Source: an uncultured Actinomycetota bacterium
GTDB lineage: Bacteria; Actinomycetota; Actinomycetes; Propionibacteriales; Nocardioidaceae
Direction of reading: 5' to 3'
Assembly: GCA_963850965.1 (NCBI GenBank)
Contig: CAWKMT010000005.1
Coordinates: 96,926 to 160,925 of the forward strand
DNA: 64,000 nt
A model generated the notes under the pieces. The model was not told the DNA's origin, ran no database searches, and was given only the letters and a program-made list of their open reading frames with translations. Both the position numbers and the translations under genes were made by a program. Shown here piece after piece: positions 36,098-50,429 of the stretch (its first letter is position 1; the number at the start of each line of letters is the position of its first letter).

Positions 36098-37444
36098 GTG
36101 AATCGCTCCAAGACCGCCACATGGACCAGGTTGATGGCCGGCACCGCCGTCCTCGGCCTCGCCCTCACCGCTTGTGGTTCCGATACTTCGGAACCCTCCA
36201 CCAAGGGCTCGGAGAGCCCCTCGGCATCCGGCTCGACGTCCGAGAAGTTCACCAACGACGAGTGCAAGGCCTCGCAGACGAGCGCCGACTCGTTCAAGGC
36301 CGGTGGCATCCTGCCGCTGACCGGCAACCTCGCGTTCCTCGGGCCGCCCGAGGTCGCGGGTGTGGGCCTCGCCATCTCTGACATCAACGCCGCGGGTGGC
36401 GTCGATGGCGCCCCGGCGTGCCACGACATCCAGGACTCCGGCGACTCGACCGACATGTCGGTCTCCACGTCGTCGGCTGGAACCCTCATCGCCGGCAAGC
36501 CGTCCGTCGTGATCGGTGCCGCCTCGTCGAGCGTCTCGCTCAACGTCGTGGACACCTTCGCTGACAACAAGATCGTCGAGGTCTCCCCGGCCAACACCGC
36601 GGTCGACCTCAGCGGTTACTCGCCGTACTACTTCCGCACCGCTCCGCCGGACGGCATCCAGGGCAACGCCCTCGGCACGCTGATCAGCACCGACGGCTAC
36701 TCCAAGATCGCCTTCCTGGTGTTCAACGACACCTACGGCACCGGACTGCGCAACGAGGTCCAGGCCACGGTCGAGGCTTCCGGCGGCAAGGTCGTCTACG
36801 GCGGCAAGGGCGCCGGCGACGAGTTCCCGGCCGGCCAGACCACCTTCTCGTCCGAGGTTGGTGGCGCACTCGCCTCCAAGCCGGACGCGATCGTCATCCT
36901 CGCCTTCGACGAGACCAAGCAGATCGTGCCTGAGCTCGCCGCCCAGGGCTGGGACATGTCGAAGACGTACTTCTCCGACGGCAACACGACCAACTACACC
37001 GACACCTTCGAAGCGGGCACCCTCGAGGGCGCCCAGGGCACCATCCCGGGCGTCGACCCGGACGCCACCTTCAAGGACCGTCTCAACGGTTGGGCCGAAG
37101 CAGGTCTCGGTGACTCCCTGTCGAGCTTCTCCTACGGCGCCGAGTCGTACGACGCGGTCATCCTCGCGGCCCTCGCGGCCATCAAGGGCGGCTCCACCGA
37201 CTCCCAGACGGTGCAGGAGAACTTCGCTGCCGTCTCGGGTGCCACCGGTGGCGAGGAGTGCAACTCCTTCGCTGACTGCTCCGCACTGCTGGCCGACGGC
37301 AAGGAGATCCAGTACGCCGGACCTTCGGGCATCGGACCGATCGACGACGAGAACGACCCGTCGTCGGCGTTCGTCGGTATCTACACCTTCACCGCTGACA
37401 ACGACATCGAGCTCAGCAGCTCGGTCGAGGGCTCGAAGGGCTGA
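36098..37444 (+). CDS. Branched-chain amino acid ABC substrate-binding lipoprotein (LivJ/LivK-like)
   Basis: Lipobox LTAC, GILPLTGNLAFLG, IGAASSSVS, YFRTAPPD, YDAVILAALA; SD GAAAGG. Confidence 0.9.
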   Translation: MNRSKTATWTRLMAGTAVLGLALTACGSDTSEPSTKGSESPSASGSTSEKFTNDECKASQTSADSFKAGGILPLTGNLAFLGPPEVAGVGLAISDINAAGGVDGAPACHDIQDSGDSTDMSVSTSSAGTLIAGKPSVVIGAASSSVSLNVVDTFADNKIVEVSPANTAVDLSGYSPYYFRTAPPDGIQGNALGTLISTDGYSKIAFLVFNDTYGTGLRNEVQATVEASGGKVVYGGKGAGDEFPAGQTTFSSEVGGALASKPDAIVILAFDETKQIVPELAAQGWDMSKTYFSDGNTTNYTDTFEAGTLEGAQGTIPGVDPDATFKDRLNGWAEAGLGDSLSSFSYGAESYDAVILAALAAIKGGSTDSQTVQENFAAVSGATGGEECNSFADCSALLADGKEIQYAGPSGIGPIDDENDPSSAFVGIYTFTADNDIELSSSVEGSKG

Positions 37445-37469
37445 ACCCAGCTGAACCGCACCACCTGAG

Positions 37470-37504
37470 AAGGGCCCCGGACCACTTGGTCCGGGGCCCT
37501 TTTC
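37470..37504 (+). terminator. Rho-independent terminator
   Basis: AAGGGCCCCGGACC-ACTT-GGTCCGGGGCCCTT followed by further T residues. Confidence 0.85.
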
Positions 37505-37584
37505 TCACCCCCGATGAGTTCGTCCGGGGCACAGCAATGGCGCTCGACCCCGGCTGAGCCGGGACCGAGCGCCACCGATGCGGA

Positions 37585-38373
37585 TCAGGCCTTGTCGCCC
37601 TCGCCGTCGACGTCCTCGGCCAGCGTGCCGAGGTACAGCTCGATCACCTTCGGGTCGTTGGCCAGCTCGCGGCCGGTGCCGGTGTAGGCGTCCTTGCCCT
37701 GGTCGAGCACGTAGCCGCGGTCACAGATCTGCAGGCAGCGTCGGGCGTTCTGCTCGACCATGACCACGCAGACGCCGGTCTTGTTGATCCGGCGGGTCCG
37801 CAGGAAGGTCTCGTCCTGCCGGACCGGCGAGAGACCGGCCGACGGCTCGTCGAGCAGGAGCACAGCCGGCTCCATCATCAGCGCCCGTGCCATGGCGAGC
37901 GACTGGCGCTCTCCACCGGAGAGCGCACCGGCGCTCTGGTTGCGGCGGTCGTGCAGGACCGGGAAGAGGTCCCACATGGCCGCGAGGCGCTCGCCGATCT
38001 TCTTGGGGCGCATGTAGAGCCCCATCCGGAGGTTCTCCTCGATCGAGAGCGACGGGAAGACGTTGTTGTTCTGGGGGACGAAGCCGACCCCCATCTCCAC
38101 CAGGCGGTTCGTCTTGACGTTGGTGATGTCCTGGTCACCCAGCATCACCGTGCCCGAGTGCACCTTGACCAGGCCGAACATCGCCTTGAGCAGCGTCGAC
38201 TTGCCGGCGCCGTTCGGGCCGATGATGCCGATCATCTCGCCCGGGTAGGCGACGAGGCTGCAGCCGTTGAGGATGTTCACGCCGGGCAGGTAGCCGGCCA
38301 CGACGTCGGAGACCTCGACGACGGCGGGTCCCAGACCCGAGTGCGAGGGCTTGGTCTGCGTCTGCTCGCTCAT
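37585..38373 (-). CDS. livF: Branched-chain amino acid ABC ATPase
   Basis: GPNGAGKST, LSGGERQSLAMAR, LLLDEPSAGL, VEQNAR. Confidence 0.9.
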   Translation of the reverse strand: MSEQTQTKPSHSGLGPAVVEVSDVVAGYLPGVNILNGCSLVAYPGEMIGIIGPNGAGKSTLLKAMFGLVKVHSGTVMLGDQDITNVKTNRLVEMGVGFVPQNNNVFPSLSIEENLRMGLYMRPKKIGERLAAMWDLFPVLHDRRNQSAGALSGGERQSLAMARALMMEPAVLLLDEPSAGLSPVRQDETFLRTRRINKTGVCVVMVEQNARRCLQICDRGYVLDQGKDAYTGTGRELANDPKVIELYLGTLAEDVDGEGDKA

Positions 38374-39350
38374 TTCTCTCCTCCACCGTGGTGACGGCTG
38401 GCGTCCTCGGCAGCGACTTCCTCGGCTATCTGGTGCATCGACTCCTCGTCCAGCAGGCTGTCGTCACCCAGGTCGGTGTCGTGGTGCGCGCCGAGGTAGG
38501 CATCGATGACGGCGGTGTCGGACATGACGCTGTCCGCCGGCCCCTCGGCCACCAACCGACCCTCGGCCATCACGGCCACCCAGTCGGAGATGTGGCGCAC
38601 GACGTGCATGTCGTGCTCCACGAAGAGCACCGTCATCCCGTCGTCGCGCAGGGACTGGATGTGCCCCAGCAGCGACTGGGTCAGAGCGGGGTTCACCCCG
38701 GCCATCGGCTCGTCGAGCATGATCATCTTCGGATCGCTCATCAGCGCCCTGGCCATCTCGAGCAGCTTGCGCTGCCCGCCCGACAGGCTGCCGGCGTAGT
38801 CGTGCTTCTTCTCGAGGAGCTTGAACCGCTCGAGGAGCTCGTCGGCCTTGACCTCGATCTCCTTCTCCTGGCGCATCCAGATCGGCTTGAACATCGACTT
38901 GAGGAGGTTCTCGCCGGCCTGGTCCTGGGCACCGAGCATCATGTTGTCGATCACGGTCATCCGGCTCAGCGCCTTGGTGAGCTGGAAGGTCCGCACCATG
39001 CCGGCCTTGGCGACGCTCGAGGCCGAGGTCTTGTCGAGCTTGGCACCATCGAAGGACCAGTGCGCGCCCGTCTTGGCCGAGGTCGGCTTGTCGAAGCCGG
39101 TGATCAGGTTGAAGAACGTCGTCTTGCCGGCACCATTGGGGCCGATCAACGCGGTGATGATGCCGCGCTGGACCTCGAGGTGGTCGACGTCGACGGCCGT
39201 CATGCCGCCGAAGTTCCGGGTGATGTTGTCGACGACCAGGATGGAGTCCGGCTTGGCGGCGCCCGGAGTGCGGTCGACGCCAGACATCAGGGCCAGGCGG
39301 GTCGCCGGATCGGCGAGCGAGCCGGTGGTCGTGCTCGTGGGGTCAGACAT
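38370..39350 (-). CDS. livG: Branched-chain amino acid ABC ATPase
   Basis: GPNGAGKTT, RTFQLTK, LSGGQRKLLE, LDEPMAGVNP, VEHDM, DAYLG. Confidence 0.9.
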   Translation of the reverse strand: MSDPTSTTTGSLADPATRLALMSGVDRTPGAAKPDSILVVDNITRNFGGMTAVDVDHLEVQRGIITALIGPNGAGKTTFFNLITGFDKPTSAKTGAHWSFDGAKLDKTSASSVAKAGMVRTFQLTKALSRMTVIDNMMLGAQDQAGENLLKSMFKPIWMRQEKEIEVKADELLERFKLLEKKHDYAGSLSGGQRKLLEMARALMSDPKMIMLDEPMAGVNPALTQSLLGHIQSLRDDGMTVLFVEHDMHVVRHISDWVAVMAEGRLVAEGPADSVMSDTAVIDAYLGAHHDTDLGDDSLLDEESMHQIAEEVAAEDASRHHGGGEK

Positions 39351-40518
39351 TGAACCGGAGCTCCCTCTTGTCGCCCAGAATTCCTTGTGGTCGGAAGATC
39401 ACGATCAGCATCAGGGCCACACCCACCACGATGAACGAGAACTGCTCGGTCTGCTGGCCGTTCATGATGCTGTCGGGGACGTAGCCGTTGGCGATGCCCT
39501 TGATCATGATGCGCGCCGAGTAGAAGATGATCGCGCCCAGCACCGGCCCCCAGATGGTGGCGGCGCCACCGATGAGCAGCGCGGTGTAGCAGAAGAACGT
39601 CAGCGAACGGCCCATCGAGTCGGGCTGCACCGAGGACGGCAGGACGTAGAGCATGCCGCCCAGGGCGCCGAAGAGACCGCCGATGATGAGCGCCTGCATC
39701 TTGACCGCGAAGACGTTCTTGCCGAGGCTGCGGATCGCGTCCTCGTCCTCACGGATGCCGCGCAACAGCCGGCCCCACGGACTGCGGACCAGCAGGAAGA
39801 CGACCAGGAGGGAGACCCCCACCAGGGACCAGGCCACGAACCGCATCCACCAGCCACTGACGCCGGTGTTCTGGTAGTTCACCGGGAACAGGAAGAACAG
39901 CAGGGCCAGGACGAGGACGACGCAGCCGCCGATGGCGCCGCCCCTGAGGGCGGGCGAGGCGAGCCACTTGCGTCGCGCCACCATGACGGCGAGCACGATG
40001 AGCGCGACGGTCAACGCCCACAACGGGAGCCGCAACCACATCGAGCCGTCCGCCACGTCCTTGTAGTTGAACGCGCTGAGCTGGGTGTTGCCACCGCCGA
40101 AGAACGACAGGCTCGTGAACGGGTCGCGGTACGACTTGCCCTGCAGTCCCTGGGCAGCTCCCGTGAACTCGGTGAGTTTTGTCCCTCGACCGACGTACCG
40201 GATGATCTCGGCCGCCGAGATGGTGACGATCGCCAGATAGTCACCCCGCAACTTCAGGGTCGGAGCGCCGAGCACCAGCGCGAAGACGAAGGCCGCGCCG
40301 AAGCCGATCAGGATCGCGATCGGCAGGGGGATGCCGTACCCGATCGAGATCGCGAAGCCGTAGGCCCCGAGCAGCATGAAGCCGGACTGGCCGATGTTGA
40401 GCAGGCCGGTGAAGCCGAAGTGGATGTTGAGGCCGATCGCAGCGATCGCGACCGCGGCCGTCTGCGGCGAGATCGCCTCGCGCAACATGGCGTTGAGAAT
40501 TGCCTGGATGGTGTCCAT
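39343..40518 (-). CDS. livM: Branched-chain amino acid ABC permease
   Basis: GLNIHFGFTGLLNIG, LRGDYLAIVT, GIREDEDA, IGGAATIWGPVLG. Confidence 0.9.
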   Translation of the reverse strand: MDTIQAILNAMLREAISPQTAAVAIAAIGLNIHFGFTGLLNIGQSGFMLLGAYGFAISIGYGIPLPIAILIGFGAAFVFALVLGAPTLKLRGDYLAIVTISAAEIIRYVGRGTKLTEFTGAAQGLQGKSYRDPFTSLSFFGGGNTQLSAFNYKDVADGSMWLRLPLWALTVALIVLAVMVARRKWLASPALRGGAIGGCVVLVLALLFFLFPVNYQNTGVSGWWMRFVAWSLVGVSLLVVFLLVRSPWGRLLRGIREDEDAIRSLGKNVFAVKMQALIIGGLFGALGGMLYVLPSSVQPDSMGRSLTFFCYTALLIGGAATIWGPVLGAIIFYSARIMIKGIANGYVPDSIMNGQQTEQFSFIVVGVALMLIVIFRPQGILGDKRELRFNV

Positions 40519-40529
40519 GCCAGCCCTTC

Positions 40530-41849
40530 CTAACCGACCCGCTCGGGGCGCCCGAGCAGACCTTGTGGTCTGACCAGCAACAACAGAATGAGGATCAGCA
40601 GTGCGGTGGCGTACTTGAAGTCACCGGGCATGCCGAGCACCGGCGAGATCTCCACGACCAGACCGATGATGATCGAGCCGACCAGCGCACCGAAGGCGGT
40701 TCCGAGGCCGCCGAGGGTGACCGCAGCGAAGAGCAGCAGCAGGATCTGGAGCCCGGAGTCCCACTTGATGCCGTTGGTGACCAGGGCGTACATCAGCCCG
40801 GACAGACCGGCGAGACCCATGGCGACCGTCCAGACCAGACGGATCACCTTGTCGACGTCGATCCCGGAGGCCGCGGCGAGCGCCGGGTTGTCCGAGACCG
40901 CTCGGGTGGCCCGGCCGACCCGGGTCCGCAGGAGGGCGTACCCGACCGCAGCCAGGACGACGATGGCGATCCCCATCGCGATGAAGGACTGGTTCGTCAT
41001 CGTGACCGGACCGAACTTCTGCACGGTCGGGTTGTCCTGGATGACCCGGACGGTGCGCGCACCGACGAAGAACTGGAAGCAGTACTGCATGGCGAGGGAG
41101 AGACCGATCGTCACGATCATCAGCTGGGTCAGCCCCAGGCCCCGGCGACGCAGCGGCTGCCACATGAGCCGGTCCTGGCCCCACCCGGTCGCGGCACAGA
41201 TCACGATCGTGAGGATGCCGCCCAGCCACAGGCTCATCCCCTGCAGGTTGATCAGGCCGTAGCCGACCATGCCACCGAGTCCGACCTGCTCGGCGTGGGC
41301 GAAGTTCGACAATCCGGTGGTGCCGTAGATCAGCGAGAGCCCAACCGACGCCAACGCGAGGAGCAGCCCGAGGCGCAGGCCGTTCGCGGAGCTCTGCAGG
41401 AGCTCGTCGGTGAAGGAGGTCTTGGCGACGTAGTCGGAGGTACGCACCTGGATCACGGCGGCCCGGGTGACCCCGAGCTTGACCTTCACCTTGACCTGAC
41501 CGCCGCCAGTGATGACGAGGTCCTCCGGCATCGTGTCCGCGACGATCGCGACGGTGTAGTTGCCCGGCTCGGTGACCGTGACGTTCCACTTGCCGTTCTC
41601 GTCAGTGGTGGTGCTCTGGGCCACGCCGGCCTTGTCGGTCACCGTGAGCTCGACGTCGGCCAGCACGTCGGCCTCGGTGCGCAGGGTGCCGGCGATGCAG
41701 GCCGTCTCGGGGGACGGCATGCAGAGCGTCGCCACAGCACTGGCGGAGGGGGCCAGCAACAGGAGCAAAGGGGCCAGCAACAACGCCACGATCAGTCCCG
41801 CGGCGCTCCTGCCTGCGGCCCGTTCGGGGACACCTCGTCGAGTGGTCAA
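40530..41849 (-). CDS. livH: Branched-chain amino acid ABC permease with N-terminal extracellular beta-sandwich domain
   Basis: GLSLIYGTTGLSNFAH, RAVSDNPALAAASGID, AAVTLGGLG; TTG 41849 follows GGAGGGA; N-terminal signal plus TTTDENGKWNVTVTEPGNYTV. Confidence 0.85.
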   Translation of the reverse strand: MTTRRGVPERAAGRSAAGLIVALLLAPLLLLLAPSASAVATLCMPSPETACIAGTLRTEADVLADVELTVTDKAGVAQSTTTDENGKWNVTVTEPGNYTVAIVADTMPEDLVITGGGQVKVKVKLGVTRAAVIQVRTSDYVAKTSFTDELLQSSANGLRLGLLLALASVGLSLIYGTTGLSNFAHAEQVGLGGMVGYGLINLQGMSLWLGGILTIVICAATGWGQDRLMWQPLRRRGLGLTQLMIVTIGLSLAMQYCFQFFVGARTVRVIQDNPTVQKFGPVTMTNQSFIAMGIAIVVLAAVGYALLRTRVGRATRAVSDNPALAAASGIDVDKVIRLVWTVAMGLAGLSGLMYALVTNGIKWDSGLQILLLLFAAVTLGGLGTAFGALVGSIIIGLVVEISPVLGMPGDFKYATALLILILLLLVRPQGLLGRPERVG

Positions 41850-41979
41850 CTCTGTTTCTCCCTCCACGCACCCGGCTGGGCGCTGCCCGGCAGTCTAGGG
41901 GGGCACGACGTGGTGTGCGACACATAGGGGTCCGCAGCGCCACTCGAACCGCGATGGTTATCGAGTCGTGATCTGCTGG

Positions 41980-42582
41980 TCAGCCCGCGAGGCCGGGACC
42001 GTGGGTCACGACACCCTCGGCCACCTGCCGCATCGAGAGCCGGAGGTCCATCGCGGTCTTCTGGATCCAGCGGAACGCCTCGGGCTCACTGAGCTCGAGC
42101 TGCTCCTGCAGGATGCTCTTGGCCCGGTCGACGGCCTTGCGGGTCTCGAGCCGATCGGTGAGGTCGGCCACCTCCTGCTCGAGGAGCGTCACCTCGGCGA
42201 ACCGGCTCACCGCCATCTCGATCGCCGGGACCAGGTCCCCCTTGGAGAACGGTTTGACGAGGTAGGCCATGGCACCGGCGTCGCGGGCCCGCTCGATCAG
42301 GTCGCGCTGGGCGAAGGCGGTCAGGATGACGACCGGGGCGATCCGCTGGCTCGCGATCCGCTCCGCGGCCGCGATCCCGTCGAGGATGGGCATCTTGATG
42401 TCGAGGATGACCAGGTCCGGACGGAGTGTCTCGGCGAGTTCCACGGCCCGGGCTCCGTCCCCGGCCTGGCCCACGACGTCGTACCCCTCCTCGGTGAGCA
42501 TCTCGGCGAGGTCCATCCGGATGAGCGCTTCGTCCTCGGCGATGACGACGCTGCGCGGGGTGTCACTGGCGGTCTGGGTCAC
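41980..42582 (-). CDS. pdtaR: ANTAR-domain response regulator (PdtaR/Rv1626-like)
   Basis: IAEDEALIR, DIKMP receiver domain, ETRKAVDRAK...WIQKTAMD ANTAR domain; next to tRNA-Leu. Confidence 0.9.
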   Translation of the reverse strand: MTQTASDTPRSVVIAEDEALIRMDLAEMLTEEGYDVVGQAGDGARAVELAETLRPDLVILDIKMPILDGIAAAERIASQRIAPVVILTAFAQRDLIERARDAGAMAYLVKPFSKGDLVPAIEMAVSRFAEVTLLEQEVADLTDRLETRKAVDRAKSILQEQLELSEPEAFRWIQKTAMDLRLSMRQVAEGVVTHGPGLAG

Positions 42583-42626
42583 CGGGCAAGGCTAACGGCT
42601 GGGCATCGGGTAGCGTTTCGCCCCGC

Positions 42627-42702
42627 GCCCCGGTATCCCAACGGCAGAGGAAACGGTCTCAAACACCGTCCAGTGTGGGTTCGAATCCCACCCGGGGCAC
42701 CA
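42627..42702 (+). tRNA. tRNA-Leu(CAA), 76 nt, short variable loop, encoded CCA
   Basis: Acceptor GCCCCGG/CCGGGGC-ACCA, anticodon arm ACGGT-CTCAAAC-ACCGT, T arm GTGGG-TTCGAAT-CCCAC; upstream TAGCGT at 42611. Confidence 0.95.
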
Positions 42703-42716
42703 CACGCTCGTGACGA

Positions 42717-44183
42717 TCAGTCGCCCGGGCGCCGGTACGCCGGCGCCACGCCGTTGATGGCGTCGCCCATCCGGTGGATGCGCAGGGCGTTGGTGGAGCC
42801 GGGAATCCCGGGCGGGCTCCCGGCGATGATCACGACGAGGTCACCCTCGGCGACGCGGCCGACCTCGAGCAACTGCTCGTCGACCTGGCGCACCATCTCG
42901 TCGGTGTGGTTGACCTCCTGGGTCAGGAACGTCTCCACGCCCCAACTGAGCGAGAGCTGCGAGCGCACCGCCCCCACGGGCGTGAAGGCCAGGATCGGAG
43001 TCGACTCCCGCAGCCGCGACATGCGCCGGGCGGAGTCCCCGCTCTGGGTGAAGGCCACGACGTACTTGGCGTGGACGCGGTCGGCCACCTCGGCGGCCGC
43101 CTTCGCGATCACCCCGCCGGTGGTGTGCGGGTCCCAGTCGATCTGGGTCACCCGGCCCAGGCCGTGGTTCGCGGTGGAGTGCAGCTCGGTGCTGGCGATG
43201 ATGCGGGCCATCACCTCGACCGTGTGGACGGGGTACTCCCCCACGCTGGTCTCACCGGACAGCATCACGGCATCGGCACCATCGAGGACGGCGTTGGCGA
43301 CGTCGGAGGCCTCGGCCCGGGTGGGGGCGGGGTTGGTGATCATCGACTCGAGCATCTGGGTGGCGACGATCACGGGCTTGGCGTTGAGGCGAGCCTTCTC
43401 GATGACCTGCTTCTGCAGGAAGGGGACGTCCTCCAGCGGGCACTCCACGCCGAGGTCACCACGCGCGACCATGAAGCCGTCGAACGCCGCGATCACCTCG
43501 TCGAGGTTCTCGATCGCCTGGGGCTTCTCGATCTTGGCGATGATCGGGAGCATCACGCCCTCCTCGCGCATGATCCGGCGCACGTCTTCTGCGTCGGAGG
43601 CGTCGCGCACGAAGCTCAGGGCAATGAAGTCAACGCTCAGGTGCAGGGCGAACCGCAGGTCCGCGATGTCCTTCTCGGACAGCGCCGGAACCGACACGGC
43701 GACACCGGGCAGGTTGATCCCCTTGTGGTTGCTGACCTTGCCGCCGACCAGGACCTCGGTGTGCACCTCGGTGTCCTCGACCGCGGTGACCCGCAGCCGG
43801 ACCTTGCCGTCGTCGATCAGGATCGGGTCGCCGACCTTCACGTCACCGGGCAGCCCGGCGTAGGAGGTGCCGCCCACGAGGGCGTCGCCCGGGACGTCGC
43901 GGGTGGAGATCGTCCAGGCCTGGCCGCGACGGATCGTCACCGGGCCCTCGTCGAAGGTCGAGAGCCGGATCTTGGGTCCCTGCAGGTCGGCGAAGATGCC
44001 GACGCCGTGGCCACTGGCGTCGGAGGCCTCGCGCACGAGTCGGTAGGCCTCGGCGTGGTCGGCGTGGGTGCCGTGGCTCATGTTCAGCCGGGCGACATCC
44101 ATCCCGGCGTACACGAGCTCACGGACCCGACGCGCGGACGCGGTCGCGGGGCCCAGGGTGCAGACGATCTTTGCTTTGCGCAC
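42717..44183 (-). CDS. pyk: Pyruvate kinase
   Basis: KIVCTLGPA, RLNMSHG, DLQGPKIR, MVARGDLGVE, ATQMLESM, MLSGETS. Confidence 0.97.
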   Translation of the reverse strand: MRKAKIVCTLGPATASARRVRELVYAGMDVARLNMSHGTHADHAEAYRLVREASDASGHGVGIFADLQGPKIRLSTFDEGPVTIRRGQAWTISTRDVPGDALVGGTSYAGLPGDVKVGDPILIDDGKVRLRVTAVEDTEVHTEVLVGGKVSNHKGINLPGVAVSVPALSEKDIADLRFALHLSVDFIALSFVRDASDAEDVRRIMREEGVMLPIIAKIEKPQAIENLDEVIAAFDGFMVARGDLGVECPLEDVPFLQKQVIEKARLNAKPVIVATQMLESMITNPAPTRAEASDVANAVLDGADAVMLSGETSVGEYPVHTVEVMARIIASTELHSTANHGLGRVTQIDWDPHTTGGVIAKAAAEVADRVHAKYVVAFTQSGDSARRMSRLRESTPILAFTPVGAVRSQLSLSWGVETFLTQEVNHTDEMVRQVDEQLLEVGRVAEGDLVVIIAGSPPGIPGSTNALRIHRMGDAINGVAPAYRRPGD

Positions 44184-44238
44184 CCGACGAGCCTAGCGGT
44201 CCTTTGATCGATCCAACAACACAGCGACCACCCGCTGC

Positions 44239-45697
44239 TCAGGCGATCAGCGGACGCTCCGTGGGCGGGATCGGAGCCGGCAGCGTCGTCGAACCGGTCA
44301 GGAACGTGTCGACCGCTGCGGCCGCCGCGCGGCCCTCGGCGATCGCCCAGACGATCAGCGACTGGCCCCGACCGGCGTCTCCGGCGACGAAGACCCCCGG
44401 CACCGAGGAGAGGTACGACGCGTCGCGCGCGACGTTGCCGCGCTCGTCGAGGTCCACCCCGAGCTGCTCGACCAGGCCTGCCTTCTCCGGGCCGGTGAAG
44501 CCCATCGCGAAGAGCACCAGCTCGGCCGGGATCTCGCGCTCGGTGCCCTCGATCTCGGTCAGCTTGCCGCCCTCGAAGACCACGTCGACCAGGCGGAGCG
44601 CTCGCACGTTGCCGTCCTCGTCGCCGAGGAACTCCTGGGTGGAGACGGCGTAGACGCGGTCGCCGCCCTCCTCATGGGCCGAGGAGACCCGGAAGGTCAT
44701 CGGGTAGGTCGGCCACGGCTGCCCGGCCGGACGGCTCTCCGGCGGCTCGGGCAGGATCTCGAGCTGCGTGATCGAGGCCGCGCCGTGACGGGTGGAGGTG
44801 CCGAGGCAGTCCGCGCCGGTGTCACCGCCGCCGATGATCACGACGTTCTTGCCGGTCGCGGTGATCTGGTCCACGACCTCCTCGCCGAGCGAGGCACGGT
44901 TGGACTGGGGCAGGAACTCCATGGCCTGGTGGATGCCGCCGAGCTCGCGCCCGGGGACCGGCAGGTCGCGGGCCACGGTCGCACCCATGGCCAGCACCAC
45001 GGCGTCGTACCGGTCGCGCAGGCGCTCGCCGGTCAGCTCGCCACCGACGTCGACGCCGGCGCGGAAGATCGTGCCCTCACGCCGCATCTGGTCCAGCCGC
45101 TTGTCGAGGTGCTTCTTCTCCATCTTGAACTCGGGGATGCCATAGCGCAGCAGGCCGCCGATCTTGTCGGCCCGCTCGTAGACCGCGACCGTGTGACCGG
45201 CGCGGGTGAGCTGCTGGGCGGCGGCGAGTCCGGCCGGGCCGGACCCGATCACGGCGACGGTCTTGCCGGAGAGCCACTCGGGCGGCTGGGGGCGGACGAA
45301 GCCCGACTCCCACGCCCGGTCGATGATGGCGACCTCGACGTTCTTGATGGTCACCGCGTCCTGGTTGATGCCCAGGACGCAGGCGGTCTCGCACGGCGCC
45401 GGGCAGAGACGACCGGTGAACTCCGGGAAGTTGTTGGTCGCGTGCAGGCGCTCGATGGCGCCCTCCCAGTCGTCGCGCCAGACCAGGTCGTTCCACTCGG
45501 GAATGATGTTGCCGAGTGGGCAGCCCTGGTGGCAGAAGGGGATGCCGCAGTCCATGCATCGCCCGGCCTGGGTGGTGATGATCGGCAGCAGGGCCCGCCC
45601 GATGCCATCGGGATAGACCTCGTTCCAGTCCTGCACCCGCTCGTCGACGGGACGGCGGGTGGCGACCTCGCGGCCGTTCTTCAGGAACCCCTTGGGA

Positions 45698-45705
<8 letters not shown>
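44239..45705 (-). CDS. gltD: Glutamate synthase small subunit
   Basis: [48 protein letters not shown]. Confidence 0.97.
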
Positions 45706-50242
<4,537 letters not shown>

Positions 50243-50367
50243 CGGGCATTCTCCCGTCGTCGTCTGTGCCGTGGCGTGTCCAGCGACGGCGCTGGGCACG
50301 GGCGGGCAGGTCATCAGTGCAGGTCTGGTGCAGGGGACGACATTGGCCCTAGCGAAGGGTCAGGTTA
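50243..50367 (-). promoter_or_regulatory. gltB promoter (-10 TAACCT) and structured ~110-nt leader
   Basis: TAACCT 50367-50362; leader ends can pair (GGGC/GCCC and UGUCGUC/GACGACG) around the GGAGA SD; inner hairpin CCAGCG-CCGU-CGCUGG. Confidence 0.35.
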
Positions 50368-50429
50368 TCACCGCCGAGGCGGGTGCAGCAGGGCTGCCTG
50401 AGCCGCGGACACCGCCCGGGACGCAGGAC

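Noticed and set aside
41868-41979. ANTAR twin-hairpin target in the liv leader downstream of pdtaR
   Set aside because: Only one irregular hairpin; no paired hexaloop stems recognisable
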